A stretch of 64,000 nt of DNA from Botryllus schlosseri (GCA_051294905.1 CM119371.1:34288001-34352000), one strand, 5' to 3'. Positions 38,145-51,482 are shown, numbered from the stretch's first letter. Notes: generated by a model not told the origin, from the letters alone. Numbers and translations are program-made.

Positions 38145-39056
38145 GTGTTATTTATAAGCTCGTCTCAGGAAGTTCCAATTCGAAATGTCTCAGCCATCGT
38201 GGCGGTTTTCCCGATCATTATTATATACAGATATCGCAAGCTGAACACATCGTAACTAGACCCTGTTCTACTCCAAAAGGAACCTGAAGTGTCATAACCA
38301 ACGTTAATGAGGAGGAGGAACATTTGCATGTGACGTCACAAAAAGAATGTAATTTACAAGTTGCATAGAGTTGACATGAATGTTGTACGATATTGCACAT
38401 CCGGTCAACCTGTTCTGGAGCATAAACGTGGATATTTATTGTGATAGCTAGTCATTGGTTCACGGATCTAGTACACTCCAGTACACCCCATCCGAGTACA
38501 CCTATTAAAAATATGGTACACCGTCGGGTGTACGATACACCCGGTAGAAGAGCCCTGAACTAGATGGTCCATGCATAACGATGGTCCCGTAGTGAATGAA
38601 AAGTTCCGCAAGCGTGCATGCTTCTTGAAAATTACACTGGTACTGTACCTGCCGCGAATCCGTGGTGGCTCCACCCAGCAATTTTATTGTTATTTATTGT
38701 TCGTTAAGAATCCTATGCCACGTTATAGTTAAGGAATGTGAGACCACCGTTATAACACCGCGTGTTTCCACAGAGCCCGTCCTACGCAAATAATACAGAT
38801 TATCATCATTATGTATAGGTTCACCACACGTGAATCATCTCAGAATCATTTTGAAACCCATGCGGTAATGTATATTTGTAGTACTAGTCATACTATACTC
38901 TGAGGGATGACATTGTTGATAGAGCAGCGCGAGATGTATACAGTCGGTGAATAAGCGCGGCGACAAAATTTAATGTAAACGGCGATGATTTTATTGTCTG
39001 CTTACCCGTCAGCTGATAGGATTGCAATAATTCAAATATACATAATGATATCATCT

Positions 39057-40269
39057 GGGGGGGCATTACAAAACAATGCGGTAAATCAGACTCTCCGCCA
39101 GCGGTAACGAGTTCTCTCGAATGCGAATACCGCATTGTGTCAAAATTGGTATTTCAAAACATTTTGCGTCCAGCTCACGCAAGAGCGCATTGAACTCACG
39201 TAAACTCTCGTAATTCCAGACGCAACACAACGTTTCGCAATCAACGCACTAGTTTGTGATTTCGCCAAGTCGGCAATCTCAGTACAAAGTAATACCAAAT
39301 GAGGGCTTATAATGCTGTGTGGTCAGCAACGATTTGCAATTTAGCCGCGATAATCTTTCACAAACAGGGAAATGGAAATACCCGAATTGTTTGTGATTTT
39401 GCTCTGAAGAGAACAAAATACAGGCGAGGCTTACGGTACATCATAGTTTGTCTGCTTACGGCCGCTGCGTCTAGAATCACGCGTACATTGAGTTTTAAGT
39501 TCGTATGAGGATACAGTAGGAGCAATACATGTATAACATTCTGGAAACATGACCCTGATCGTAATTCTCAATGACTTTATACGATTATCGAATTACTCAT
39601 CGACAAGCCGACCACAAGATATGCTAGCCAAAGATAAAAGGTGAATATTAAATAAATCTATTTGACAATAAATTACTAACCTACGGAGGTTAGCAATCTA
39701 TAATTTAACATTATAATAACATGCTTCCGGCATGGAACTCTAGTCCTCGTTATATCCATACAGGCCGTAAACGGCGTGAGGCACTCAGTCCACGCGCTCA
39801 CTGGTCCATATGTGAATTCAATTCAAGGCGTTATATATCGCCACTGCCTTATTTCGCTTGATTTTACTAACAGTTGGGCCTACGAAATATAACCCAATTG
39901 GGTGACTTACAGGACATGTCATCTCATATCGATTACTGCCTCACTTCTTTACCATATTGAAGTGGAATATTAAGAATTTGCAGTTCAAAAAGCTGCAATT
40001 TACAGCGCGGATTCAACTCCATCAGCTAGAAGATAGGCGGTAAGTTAACGGGAGAAATCTGCGCGAACTTCGCGGATAGTGACGTTCGTGATGCAGACCT
40101 TTTACGTTTTCTCTCGATTCCCGCGTTTTGCGGTAAGTCAATTTCATCGGTAAAAATGCTCTCGAAGAAATCGTTATTGAGGGTTTTGTAATCGCAATTG
40201 TCCGCTTCTCTCGAATTGTGTCGGTAAATGTTGATTCCACAGGCGGTAGTTGGTTTGTAATGCCGCCCC
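39057..40269. mobile_element. Old MITE-like element
   Basis: Inverted termini GGGGGGGCATTACAAA and TTTGTAATGCCGCCCC; TSD unclear. Confidence 0.45.
39667..39702. mobile_element. 36-bp palindromic micro-element, diverged copy
   Basis: AATAAATTACTAACCTACGGAGGTTAGCAATCTATA; flanks ATTTGAC/ATTTAAC (6/7). Confidence 0.7.
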
Positions 40270-40738
40270 TATGTATAAAAATATATCACATATCTAATGT
40301 ATCTCGTTATGGAAATCTCTTATTTGGATACCTAGACACAAACGATGAGGTAAACAGTATTTATATACCACGGGGTTCTTCAGTGTCTACGTTTAGCTTC
40401 ACTTTCGTAACACCACATACACTCAACACTAACACCATTTTTCTGTATTGGTTGAAATCGATCTAATCAGAAATCACGGCTGATTTGAGTCCTATTAATT
40501 TTGTAAATCGCCATTATTTGGTTATAGTGATACATTTTATATGAGAGGTGTTCTCAATTGTCATCTCTCTACAATTTGGACAAGTTCTTCCTTTGCATAG
40601 TGAAATTTGTTTCATTTTAAGTTCGATTGACAGTGTCACACCGCCGCTTCTGTGGATGTCCAAGAGACTAATCTTATCGAATTAAGAATGGTTGATGGTT
40701 ATGGTTATTCGAATCATACTCCTTGAATACAATTAGTC

Positions 40739-41300
40739 CAGTGGTTCCCAACCTTTTTCGACTCATCGAAACCGTAAAATGGGCATACAAACTGTAATCA
40801 CCGGTGATTTGACTAAAAAAGGTCATTTATCCGGCTTGACTCCAAAAGAACCGTCACAGCACTTCGTCAGGCCCCCAACACGTTGGCCTTGGGCCCCCAT
40901 ATGGTGATAAACAGAACTTCTTTGGGGCTTCGCGGCCGTCGCCCCTCAGAACCTCTCCCCTGATACCTCCTTACCGCTACTTCTCAGCAAAATTGTTGGA
41001 CTCTATGAAAAATTTCTATCATTCATGATTAAATCGGTCAATATGATCGGGAATTGCATATATATTGCTGTCAATTTTATCCTCTCTATGCTCATGTAAT
41101 CAGATTTATCGGTAGAGCTGAGTGAGTTGTCTTGGAAAATAAAGGGCCTGTAAATATTAATTAAACATATATTCGGGCGGACCCGAGGGTATAATGACTT
41201 CGTTATGTGATGGCATTTCGGGGCATATCTTCTATGTCAAAAGATATTCAAATCGCTCATACGTACTAAACTAAAAGACGCTTACGATTTCAAATTAGTC
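40739..41300. mobile_element. Partial hAT MITE
   Basis: Begins CAGTGGTTCCCAACCTTTTTCGACTCATCG, identical to 10168; interior is the reverse complement of ~25940-26460; right end missing. Confidence 0.75.
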
Positions 41301-41719
41301 GATTGTGCGATTTCTAGTTGCTACATGCTAAGAGATCGACTGCAGGGAGTACAACCTAATTTACAACAATTAGTACATTATTAGTACATATTAGTACATA
41401 TCTGAACAGTTTAACCCTCCCTGCGACTTAAGATGGTCATTCGGTAATCATATTTTCACATCAAAATCCTTATCGAGGGTAAATCGTACAGCAGGGGGTA
41501 AGTAACGAAATCCTTCGACTTTTCTGAAATACTCACATGGGTTTCGTACATTTCACCTCTTTGCGTACATGTTTCGATTACTTCACCTTCTATTACAACT
41601 ATGGGGACTAAGACTACTTGAACTATACGTATTGTTTTAAGGTTTTAGATTGTGTCAGATTGAAAGCAGTATATATGGCAGATTCACATCCATTTCAGCA
41701 GTGATTGCCACAGCAACTA

Positions 41720-42892
41720 TGCGATTCTGACCCTATATCGTGGGGAAAACGAACCGAACGTATTTTGATCGTCAATAGAGCGCTTTTAAAAAGTGTTTCA
41801 CACACCGTGAATGGTTTGAGCAGAAACAAGTACTAGAAACGGGAACGTCGAAAGCTGGGTTTGTAACTCGGCGTCGAGCAATGAATTTGCTTTCCCCGCC
41901 TGAGCTTAGAAAAAAACGAAGGTAGCTTGGTGGCAAGCCCAGCAATCCATATGTCGGGCATTGTTAAAATTGGCAGCGACGTTACAGACGCATCTTTCAA
42001 AATTGCTTAGAATATCGCTAAACCCAAGAAATATGCTAGAGAGGGTGTGATTTCAATAAGACTTCAACATACTGTGCGAATATTCGCTGTTTCCAGAACT
42101 TAGCAGCGAGGCCAACATGACCTGACAAATTTCGAAGCTACAGTTGTGTGATTCAACTGTGACAAGAAGAGTAACAGCAATGCCAGTCGATCTTTTATTG
42201 CATTTTCTGATCCATTTTGCCGCGTAGACTACTTTTGCTTAGGATTGGACGAATCCACCGACTCCACAGACAAGGCATAGCTAATTATCTGGGTGCATTT
42301 TATCAGAGTAGACATATTTGCAGAGGAAAATCCGAAAAACAACAAATTTATAAAGCTGACTCATCATCAACATTATTGGTGCAGGGCTCGATCAGCCATG
42401 GAAGTAATGGAGAAGGGTTGAATGGTTTGCTCAGAAATGACCCCGAACAACAGATTTCTTCTGATATCACTGAGGGCAGAAATTCATGATAATGGCCTCT
42501 GTAACAAAGGGGTGACCGTTATTTCATACTTGCCCAATGCACATGTACACTCCCGCATTGAAAGAGGGAGTTCAGTTCTCTATTGGAAGGGTTTGGGGTG
42601 CGTATACCTACTTAGAAACGAATGCAATGCAGGCGCCATATGGGGATTTACTTGCGCCGCTGGAAGATACATATTCTCACCAAAAAAAAAACAAGCCAAT
42701 GTAAACTTACGAACGCTGTCCATTAATGCTTTAGAATGCATGAAAATGTACTAAATGCCAGTATACGACTGGTATAATTGTAGTAGCCTAAATTTAATAG
42801 TAGCTCACAAATACATAATAATATTCTGCGGCCCGCAGCGTCTTTATTTGTAAAAATGCGGCCCGCTGTACAAGGGAAGTTGAGAACCCCTG
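41720..42892 (+). mobile_element. Decayed hAT (Charlie/SPIN-like) transposase with right TIR
   Basis: Relic peptides VTDASFKIA*NIAKPKK (~41980-42030) and YFCLGLDESTDSTDKA*LIIWV (~42230-42295, first catalytic Asp motif); TIR GTTGAGAACCCCTG ending at 42892; left boundary approximate. Confidence 0.85.
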
Positions 42893-43363
42893 TTCGATAG
42901 GGTTGCATTTAAAACAATAATCAATTAAAAACAAACATGTTTAAAACAAGTTCCTAATATAAAACATGTTTTTATTGTTTTTGTTGTTGTTTTTAAGTCA
43001 ACACGCCACGAATATTCAATTGTGACGTCATAATGGATTGGCATTGACAATTGAAAATATAGGGTAAATATAGCTCCTTTGACGAAATATCTGTACTACA
43101 ATTGTTGAACCGACTATATTGAGTGTTCCAACCATCCCATATCGATATACGTCGGCTAATTCGCATGGTAATTGTCCAGGCTGATACAACATGCTTTTTG
43201 GAAAATAGTTACACAATTGTAGCATAGTTTTACAACTTAAAAAAGAAACATTTTTTTCAAGGCCTTTCTTTAAAACATGTACCAAATAAAGTGTTTTATA
43301 ACACCGTTTGTGTTCAATGCAACCCTAGTACTGTATAGGTATGGTACACGATTTCCTGTACAT

Positions 43364-43374
43364 GGGAATTCACC
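43364..43374 (+). promoter_or_regulatory. NF-kB-like site, E2 copy 4
   Basis: GGGAATTCACC, one mismatch to GGGAATTCCC, 58 bp upstream of TATA. Confidence 0.55.
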
Positions 43375-43421
43375 TGGTAATCGAATGTAAATACAATTAA
43401 CGAAGTGCACACAGTTGAAAG

Positions 43422-43428
43422 TATATAT
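43422..43428 (+). promoter_or_regulatory. TATA box, E2 copy 4
   Basis: TATATAT, 80 bp before the ATG. Confidence 0.62.
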
Positions 43429-43501
43429 GACCGACAGCAGTTTGCGGAACCAACACAACGAATCTGTCAGCCATATATGCACCGAGTGAATAAAGCAGCG
43501 C

Positions 43502-43999
43502 ATGGCTTTGAAGCGGTTACAGTACGAGTGTAAGAAGTTTTCACAGGAGCCGAGGGACTCTGCCATTCGAGCAGGGCCAGTCGACGATATCAACCTGTAT
43601 CGGTGGTGGGCCACCATCGACGGACCCGAAGGAACGCCATTTCAAGGCGGCGTTTTTCGAATCCTGATAGAATATCCAACAGAATATCCGTTCAAGCCGC
43701 CGAAAATGCGATTTGAAACGAAGATTTTTCATCCGAATGTCAGTCGTAAAGGCACAATATGCGTAGATATTTTGCAAAAGCAGTGGTCACCAGCGCTGAC
43801 GACATCGAAGGTCCTCTTGTCCATATGCTCCTTGCTTGCTTCTCCCAATCCGAATGACCCGATGGACCCGGAGAGTGCGAGTCTATATTTAGAAAACCCT
43901 ACAGAGTACGCCAAACGCGCGAGTCAGTGGACCGACATGTATGCCAAAGACGCTGTCCAGTGTTCGGGTTCAGTACAGAAAACAATGTATGTCAAGTGA
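43502..43999 (+). CDS. UBE2D-like: Ubiquitin-conjugating enzyme E2, UBE2D-like, copy 4 (165 aa, most divergent)
   Basis: MALKRL, AGPVDD, FQGGVF, YPFKPP, HPN, TICVDIL, WSPALTTSKVLLSICSLL all intact. Confidence 0.96.
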   Translation: MALKRLQYECKKFSQEPRDSAIRAGPVDDINLYRWWATIDGPEGTPFQGGVFRILIEYPTEYPFKPPKMRFETKIFHPNVSRKGTICVDILQKQWSPALTTSKVLLSICSLLASPNPNDPMDPESASLYLENPTEYAKRASQWTDMYAKDAVQCSGSVQKTMYVK

Positions 44000-44110
44000 C
44001 GTTGACATCAGGTTAGTAGCATACTTTATCGATTTCTCTCGCTTTCATACATAGCGATTCGCAGCATAACTATCTATCGAAAGCAACGACCAATTTTGCG
44101 GCTTCGTTCC

Positions 44111-44589
44111 GCCTCGCTGAGGTTGTATTCAGAATTGTTTTGCGGCAGCGTCTGTAGGATTACTGGAAATTCGAAAGTCATCTTCCGATAGCGCAGAATT
44201 TATTGAATCTGGCCTTGATCGAAAGCTACTGTCTCACCGATTCCGAAAATATAAATTAAAATATGATTAGACACCGAACCACCCGGAATTCGCCCTCCAA
44301 GTCTGAAATATCGGCATTGTCCGAACAGTCGGAGATCCGCAACGCGTCATTGTGATGGTCATTGTTTTGGGGTCATCCGATTGTTCTGAACAATACACAT
44401 TTTAGATGTTTAGGGTGATTTTTCGTCAAAGTACGAAGCCTGGCCATATTTCAATTCATATTTCCGGAATCAGTGCGACAGCAGCGTTCGATCAAAACCA
44501 GATTTAGTAAATTCTGTGCTCTGGGTTATAACTTTTGGATTGCATGAAATCCTACAGTCGCGCAATTCTGAATCCTGCCTCAGCGAAGC
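44111..44589. repeat. Long imperfect palindrome just 3' of E2 copy 4
   Basis: 44111-44268 pairs with 44442-44589; inner TTGTCCGAACAGTCGGA pairs with TCCGATTGTTCTGAACAA. Confidence 0.85.
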
Positions 44590-45121
44590 TGAGAAATCGG
44601 TCTTTCCATTCTATGTTTACATTCGATAATAAAACTCTCGGTAACCTACACTTTTAAACCAGCAGCTATATACCGAAGCACAATAATGTAGATTTCAGCT
44701 TTGATATCGTTGCTGTGTCTGGATTTTACGTGCTGACTATAGTCTACGGTTGTGTGTTGATATCGACTTGACTTGTCGTCGGAGGGGGGGGGGGGGCGGG
44801 TCTTCACTGGTTCTCAATGTATTGCGACAACCAACCAGACGGTGTCAGAAACGAAATATATCAAATTTTTCGGAGTAACGAAGTAGATTCTTCAGTTCTT
44901 CCATAGTTGTCATGATTTGAGACTCTTTCGTTATTTATTTTAGACTTTTTTTAGGAAAACGATTTTTAATGTCAATGTACTTAAAGTTTTTGCGCAGTGG
45001 ATGTTGCAGAGGGAAGGGTAGTTTGGGAATATGTTTGCACCACTTTCATGAGCGAGATTCTCTAAACGACTGGGCGAAAACTGAACCTATTTTTGAAAAT
45101 TGCACCGACTTCCAATTTCAT

Positions 45122-47430
45122 CGTATCCGGACAATACCGAGAATGCTATTACCGAGAATGCTATTACCGAGAATGCTATTACCGAGAAGGACAATACCGA
45201 GAATGGACATTACCGAGAATGGACAATACCGAGAATGGACATTACCGAGAATGGACAATACCGAGAATGGACATTACCGAGAATGGACAATACCGAGAAT
45301 GGACATCACCGAGAATGGACAATACCGAGAATACTATTACCGAGAATGGCTATTACCGAGAATGGCTATTACCGAGATTACTATTACCGAGAATGTCTAT
45401 TACCGAGAATACTATTACCGAGAATGACCATTACCGAGAATGGACATTACCGAGAATGCTATTACCGAGAATGGCTATTACCGAGAAAGCTATTACCGAG
45501 AATGTATATTACCGAGAATACCATTACCGAGAATGACCATTACCGAGAATGGACATTACCGAGAATGCTATTACCGAGAATGACCATTACCGAGAATGGA
45601 CACTACCGACAATACACTTTGGCGCACTAATGCTCGGCGACCTCACGTCCCAGAGACCACCCGAGGGTGTCGACGCGATAAGCGATCTCCCCCTTTGCTG
45701 CACAGACTAACCGAACCGATCGGGCTCGGAATAGTCGTTTGAAAAATCGCAATTTTCGAATTTTATACCCGTTTTTACGAAACCTTCGAAATTTCCATCA
45801 TTGTTTTACGTATGTTAAAAAATAGGTGATGTAGCCTAGCTAGACAGACAGTGTCGCAATGACCTAGATTTGTTTTGATACACGTATTACGAGAACACGT
45901 TGAAAATGAAGCGATTTAATTTGTGAAATGTCACCAAGTGCACTTACAAGGAGTGTTTATGGTATGACGTTGGGAGATCAAGATAAACGCCGGGCACCAG
46001 CATTAGGCTGAAACTTCGCGCTTATGGACTCAAGGTAAAGTCAAATTTAGCTGAATTATCATGCAACCATCATCAGTGTTGTGCACACATTAACTGTAGA
46101 GTGCTAAACCAGAAAAACTGTATTTTCCTGAAATATAACCATGATATATGTCGTAATTCGGTAGACGTTTAATATTTCAAAACGAATTCTTGAAATACGT
46201 GGCATTTCTTGGATATATTCGCAACATATGGCCCCAATATTGAGAAAGTGATTTTCGAAAATCTAGAATAGTGGTTATGTATATTGTGTATCACAGAAGA
46301 AAATATACTTCGTGGCGAGGTCTCAATAACTTTGCTGGGACGGATTAGGGATTAATATGTAATTTCTATCCCAAACTATTGTTTACAATTTTGCGGGTAC
46401 AAAGAACTTCAAATCCCAACATTTCAAAGTCAACCTGACTGATCTTTTAGTACTCGAACTTTTCTTTGCATAAACCCCAACATAACATCTCTCAGCAGCA
46501 AAATGTTTGTATCAGTGAGCTATTAATTGGCAATTAAAAGGAGTTTGCACAGTACGATATATTTCATATCAAAACCCGTTCTGTTGATGTGAGTACTGAA
46601 GCTTTTGCACTTATGAAGCGAAACTGCCTCATGATTTCCCTGATATTAGGTTATAAATCCTTGCACACGAGCAGTCAAAGCTGGGGATAGGACATGCAGT
46701 GTAATAAGTGTGGAATATAAGCTCATAATCTATCTCAGGGCTCGGCAACTGTTCGTATGCTGCAGCGCGCCAAACATTTTTAATTTTGTCATATTTATCG
46801 TTTACACCCAGGAATCCTACCAACCGCCTATCTGCTGCTGACAATGGCATCGGTTACACCCGTGCTTCTTACAGTAATGGTAGCGAAGGGTAAAAAAGTT
46901 GGTCGCTACTGCATTACACGTACGTAATCTGTACGTAATGTGGTTATGGTGTATGGTTACTTTGGTCGTCTCCAGTCCACTGTGTTCGGTACCATAGTCA
47001 TACAGTGTCAGTCCCATCAAACATGTTACGATGATATGGTAATATACATTCTCGGCAATGTCCATTCTCGGTAATAGCATTCTCGTTAATGTCCATTCTC
47101 GGTATTGTTCATTCTCGGTAATATCCGTTCTCGGAAATGTCCGTTCTCGGTAATGTCTATTCTCGGTAATAGCATTCTCCGTGATGTCCATTCTCGGTAA
47201 TAGCATTCTCGGTAATGTCATTCTCGGTAATGTCCATTCTCGGTATTGTCCATTCTCGGTAATGTCCATTCTCGGTATTGTCCATTCTCGGTAATGTCCA
47301 TTCTCGGTATTGTCCGTTCTCGGTAATGTCCATTCTCGGTAATAGCATTCTCGGTAATGTCCATTCTCGGTAATAGCATTCTCGGTAATGTCCATCTCGG
47401 TAATAGCATTCTCGGTAATAGTAGGGAACC
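45122..47430. mobile_element. Foldback element with long inverted arms of 15-bp tandem repeats (Mutator-like)
   Basis: ACCGAGAAT-containing 15-mers at 45131-45610 and inverted at 47040-47420; perfect 9-bp TSD CAATTTCAT (45113-45121, 47431-47439). Confidence 0.92.
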
Positions 47431-48798
47431 CAATTTCATTTGCTTATTCGGTGTTGGTCGCGAAGGTGGATTTAGCAATTTCAAAGACCTTCAATTTCTA
47501 TTTTCACTGCAAGTAGTTTTGGCAAGTCTTGGAAATCGATACAGTTACTTACAACTCTGCAGCCAACTCGCCTATAAATATTCTGACGCCCAATGCCAAT
47601 TACTAAATGTGTTAGTAAACCAAAATAAAATACCATCGTTCACTTTCATTATTATAGTAATACCAAGTATTAGATTCCACTTGGTATGGATAACGATGCG
47701 TTTTTTTCTTCATTTTTCCTAATTATTGGCGCGTTTCCCTCATCTAACCATCTACTATACCCGCTAGTAGGACTTGCGTGATCTTGCAAGTGGATTTACA
47801 ATCAGCGATTGAATACCAGCGTGCTGTAATTTCTTCGGCGGAAGTCAATTCAGGAGCCATTCATACGTACATGAAGTCCCCTTGTCAGTATTGATGATTC
47901 GTAGACTATTAAATACATGTAGCCGACTGTCACTGTTACAGTCATAAGTATGGTGAATATTTTGTGACCTATAATTAAAACTTTGACATTTTCTTACATC
48001 AATAAACTTTATTTTTACAAATGTGTGCCGTATGAAAAACTCACGTAGTTACACTACGGATTATTTTGCAAAAAGTCCAGATTTATTGTAGTACGGCGAG
48101 TTATGCTTAGCTACACGATCTTGTAGTCAGTCAGTGGGTAGGGTTACCGTATTTTGAGATCCGTCTTTTCAAAAATTCTGAAAGCTCCAGCACCGGAAAA
48201 AACTGAAAATTAAAAAGAAAATCGACCGATAGTACATGTGTTGACTAAAATATGGTCATACCTGTCACCGGCCCTAGTAAAAACACATAAGCGTATATTT
48301 ATAATATATATGTTTTTCAGGTTGCAAGAAAAGACATACTGTAAATGACCTCTTTTGAACCTTATCATATTTTCTCATTCCACATATTCATTGATTGCAT
48401 TACAGTGTTTTGTGATTGTTGATTGGTTGTATCCTTAAAATCAACCTATCATGACGCTTAATGAGCACTACATGAACCTTTCATTTCACACAAGACAATT
48501 ATCCATAATAAGATACATAAATTGTATGGTGGCAATAGCAGTTTGCGATGTGGTGATGAAGATTGAGAAGTCAGGAACATGTGGGGTACCTTTAAAATGA
48601 CACCATAGATCAGGAGAGGTCAACCCGTGACCCGGGGGTTAAATGTGGTCCGCGAGAAGGTTTTGATTGGCCCGTGAGGTAATTCTATAAATTAATTATG
48701 TTATCACAGAAATAAATTACCGAGGAAAGTTATTGTGAGCTTGCAGGACATCCAAACATTTCATGAACCTGACCGCGAAACGTGGAACAATTAATCGA

Positions 48799-49162
48799 AT
48801 CAACGAATCAAACTATCGAAGGGCCCATGGAACGCTCTCTCAATGAAGATTGTTCAAAATGCTTCTAGAATACTCGACGGAATATCCCTTCAAACCGCCT
48901 AAAATGCGATTCGAGATCAAGATCTTTCATTCCTACGTAAGCAGAAGAGGGACGATATGTGTTGATATTTTGTAGAGGCAATATTCACCGGTACTTACTA
49001 CATCGAAGATTCTTTTGACGATATGTTCTCAACTCGCCTCCCAACCCAAATGACCGGATGGACACTGAGAGTGCAGATCTATATTTGCAAAATCCCGAAC
49101 TTCATTTCAAGCGGGCTAAGCAGTGGGCGGAAATGTACGCTGTCAATAATTCAGTCGTGTAG
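48799..49162 (+). pseudogene. UBE2D-like E2 pseudogene (sixth copy)
   Basis: Translates across frameshifts as INES/TIEGP/GTLSQ*RLFKMLLEYSTEYPFKPPKMRFEIKIFHSYVSRRGTICVDIL*RQYSPVLTTSKILLTICSQLAS/PNDRMDTESADLYLQNPELHFKRAKQWAEMYAVNNSVV*; TAG at 48973-48975; 2-nt deletion near 49040. Confidence 0.93.
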
Positions 49163-50493
49163 CAGGCAGTCGATACTTGTATTCACAGTAGGTGGATTAT
49201 AGGTTGTAACTGCAAGGTTACTTGTAGAAGCCCATGTTTGTGCGGTGTAAACAGATGTCATTGAAATGCCAATGAAATAGAATTGCTGAATCGTATTTCT
49301 AAGTAACTCGATTGTATACCGAGAGAACTTGCTATTTTGGACGGTTTTCCCGCCTTTCTTCGTCAGCAAAATCTGGCGGGGTACCAATTTAGAACCGCCA
49401 AAAGGGAACTCCAATATTCAAGTCTCAGTACAGTACCGATGCATTTGGGAATGTTGTTGGCTTCAGGTTTCAAAATGGCTGACAAGAATGCCTTAGCATT
49501 GCACAATAATGCGGACGGGTACAAATGGAAATATATATGTGTGCCATCGGAATCGAGACTCTGCCATCCCCCCTCGCCTGCTGGTGTTCGCGCAAAGGCA
49601 ATACACACGTCATTCAGACTCCTACATGTTAAGGCATCTTTTTTCTACGATTGACTCGGGTACCGAAATAAAATTTGAGCGCAAATGTACTTAAGATGCT
49701 AGGGAAGTGGTAGCAACACCACAAGTTGCTAGTAGGGTCGCGAATTCTAACTTGAAGGAAATTAACCCGTTATCTCTGACAGGATCCAGTTGCATTCTAG
49801 CTTACATATCCCCAACAAAATAATCTATGAGCTTTTCCGTAATGACTCGACATTAACTTATTCATAGAAATGGTGGCATTGAGTTGAATACAGGTATTTG
49901 AACATGTAATAACATATTTTGTGAAATTATTAAGATTTGCTTCTACGTAGTCAGGTATAGGGAGCATGAAATATGCGGACGTAATTGCAACATCCAGTTT
50001 GGGCTTTATAGCTTAGAATAACTGCCACACAGAAAAGATCATCAATGAGGTGCTTCTACGCTGCACGAGAAATGATCGTGTGGCGATTATAGGCGCAGAA
50101 GCCAGTCTAATCTTGACTGTCGGTAACGCTGGTATAAACCAAACACAGCCATTTACTACAATTATTGAATAGACAATGACACAAAGTAGGCAAGGACAGA
50201 ATAAACGTAGGATTTATAACAATGCTTGCAAATCTTCAACCGTCCTCACAGCAAAGTAACAAACAAAAAAGGTCTATCAATTGAATATATAGAGAAGGAA
50301 AACGAGACTGATAATGATGATTACACCGAGTAGTAATCAAATAGAAATACACAAATTACACACGAAACAAGGTAATGCCGTACGCACGCGTTAACATGAG
50401 GTTTTTAACCCTACAGATAGACAATGTACTACTTACCTCATCCACTGAATATTTTCTTATATTGCACGGTATATCGAGATCGTATACCAAATG

Positions 50494-51182
50494 AAGGGTT
50501 ACCATATTTTCTTGGCCGGAATTCCGGTCACTCTTTAGCGCCTCATAGTGGGTTTTAAAATGGGGTATGAACACATATGACGTCACACTGACAATGCTTT
50601 GCCTATCGAATGTATAAGGAGTGGATTTTTAACATAAGTCGTGAATTAAATAGTAATGGACTATTGGGCCATCTCGAATTTGTGCTCTGGTGAATACTAG
50701 GGCCTTCTCATTTGATCTGCAACAGACTTCTCCACGCGCCTGATGAAATTGTCTGGCCCGCCGGCTGTGTGTTTGACAGCTCTGCTATACTGTTGGGTCG
50801 TTGCAGATATGTGTTTGTGTGTTTTTCCCAGGACCGAAGCAACACGTTTAAGCCCAACTCCTGCTTCAAAAACACTGGTCTGAGGTCCCACCGTAGGATG
50901 ATCTATGCAACTTCTGAAGACTTAACTGTATGCATCTGGTTTCTATATGTGCCTCTGGTTGTTAAATTTCCTGAATTCATTCCGTCAACAAGATTGTTTT
51001 TTTCTTTATCGCTAAAGAATTATCCATTCTCAGCCTACGTTGATTTAGGAAAAGAATTTCAGCTCCCTTCAAGCCTTCAAAATTACGGACATTTAGGCAT
51101 ATTTCATCATTTCCTCCCGGACGCAGTTTCAATAGTGAAATTCCGGAAAGGACCGGGAAATTCCGGCCGTAAGGCAACCCTA
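50494..51182. mobile_element. Old Blackjack-like MITE
   Basis: AAGGGTTACC...GGCAACCCTA termini; flanks ACCAAATG/ACCAAATA. Confidence 0.6.
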
Positions 51183-51482
51183 ACCAAATATGATCATTAG
51201 CAAGTTGACGCGGAAAGCATGTTGACGCTCGCCCCAGGTCAATGAGAATATAGATACAACTATAACTTTGCGTCGACCAAATTGCTCGATGAAACTGCTG
51301 GATCACTTCCATAATTGCATTCTTTATTCTCATTAGAGGTAGTTTTGTTTGGACATGACTTAGAAATCGCAACTTCTTGTAACTGAGTTGAAATTGACGG
51401 CGTTACAGTTCCATTTACTCATACTTGAGTATCAACGCTGACTACTTCGAGCACTCCTGCTACGTTTATGAACTTTGTAGAC

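Noticed and set aside
44969..47484. Long repetitive ORFs (ITENG/YREW/LPRM) and a CRISPR-like appearance
   Set aside because: Artefact of stop-free 15-bp tandem repeats; there are no unique spacers or cas genes and the context is eukaryotic
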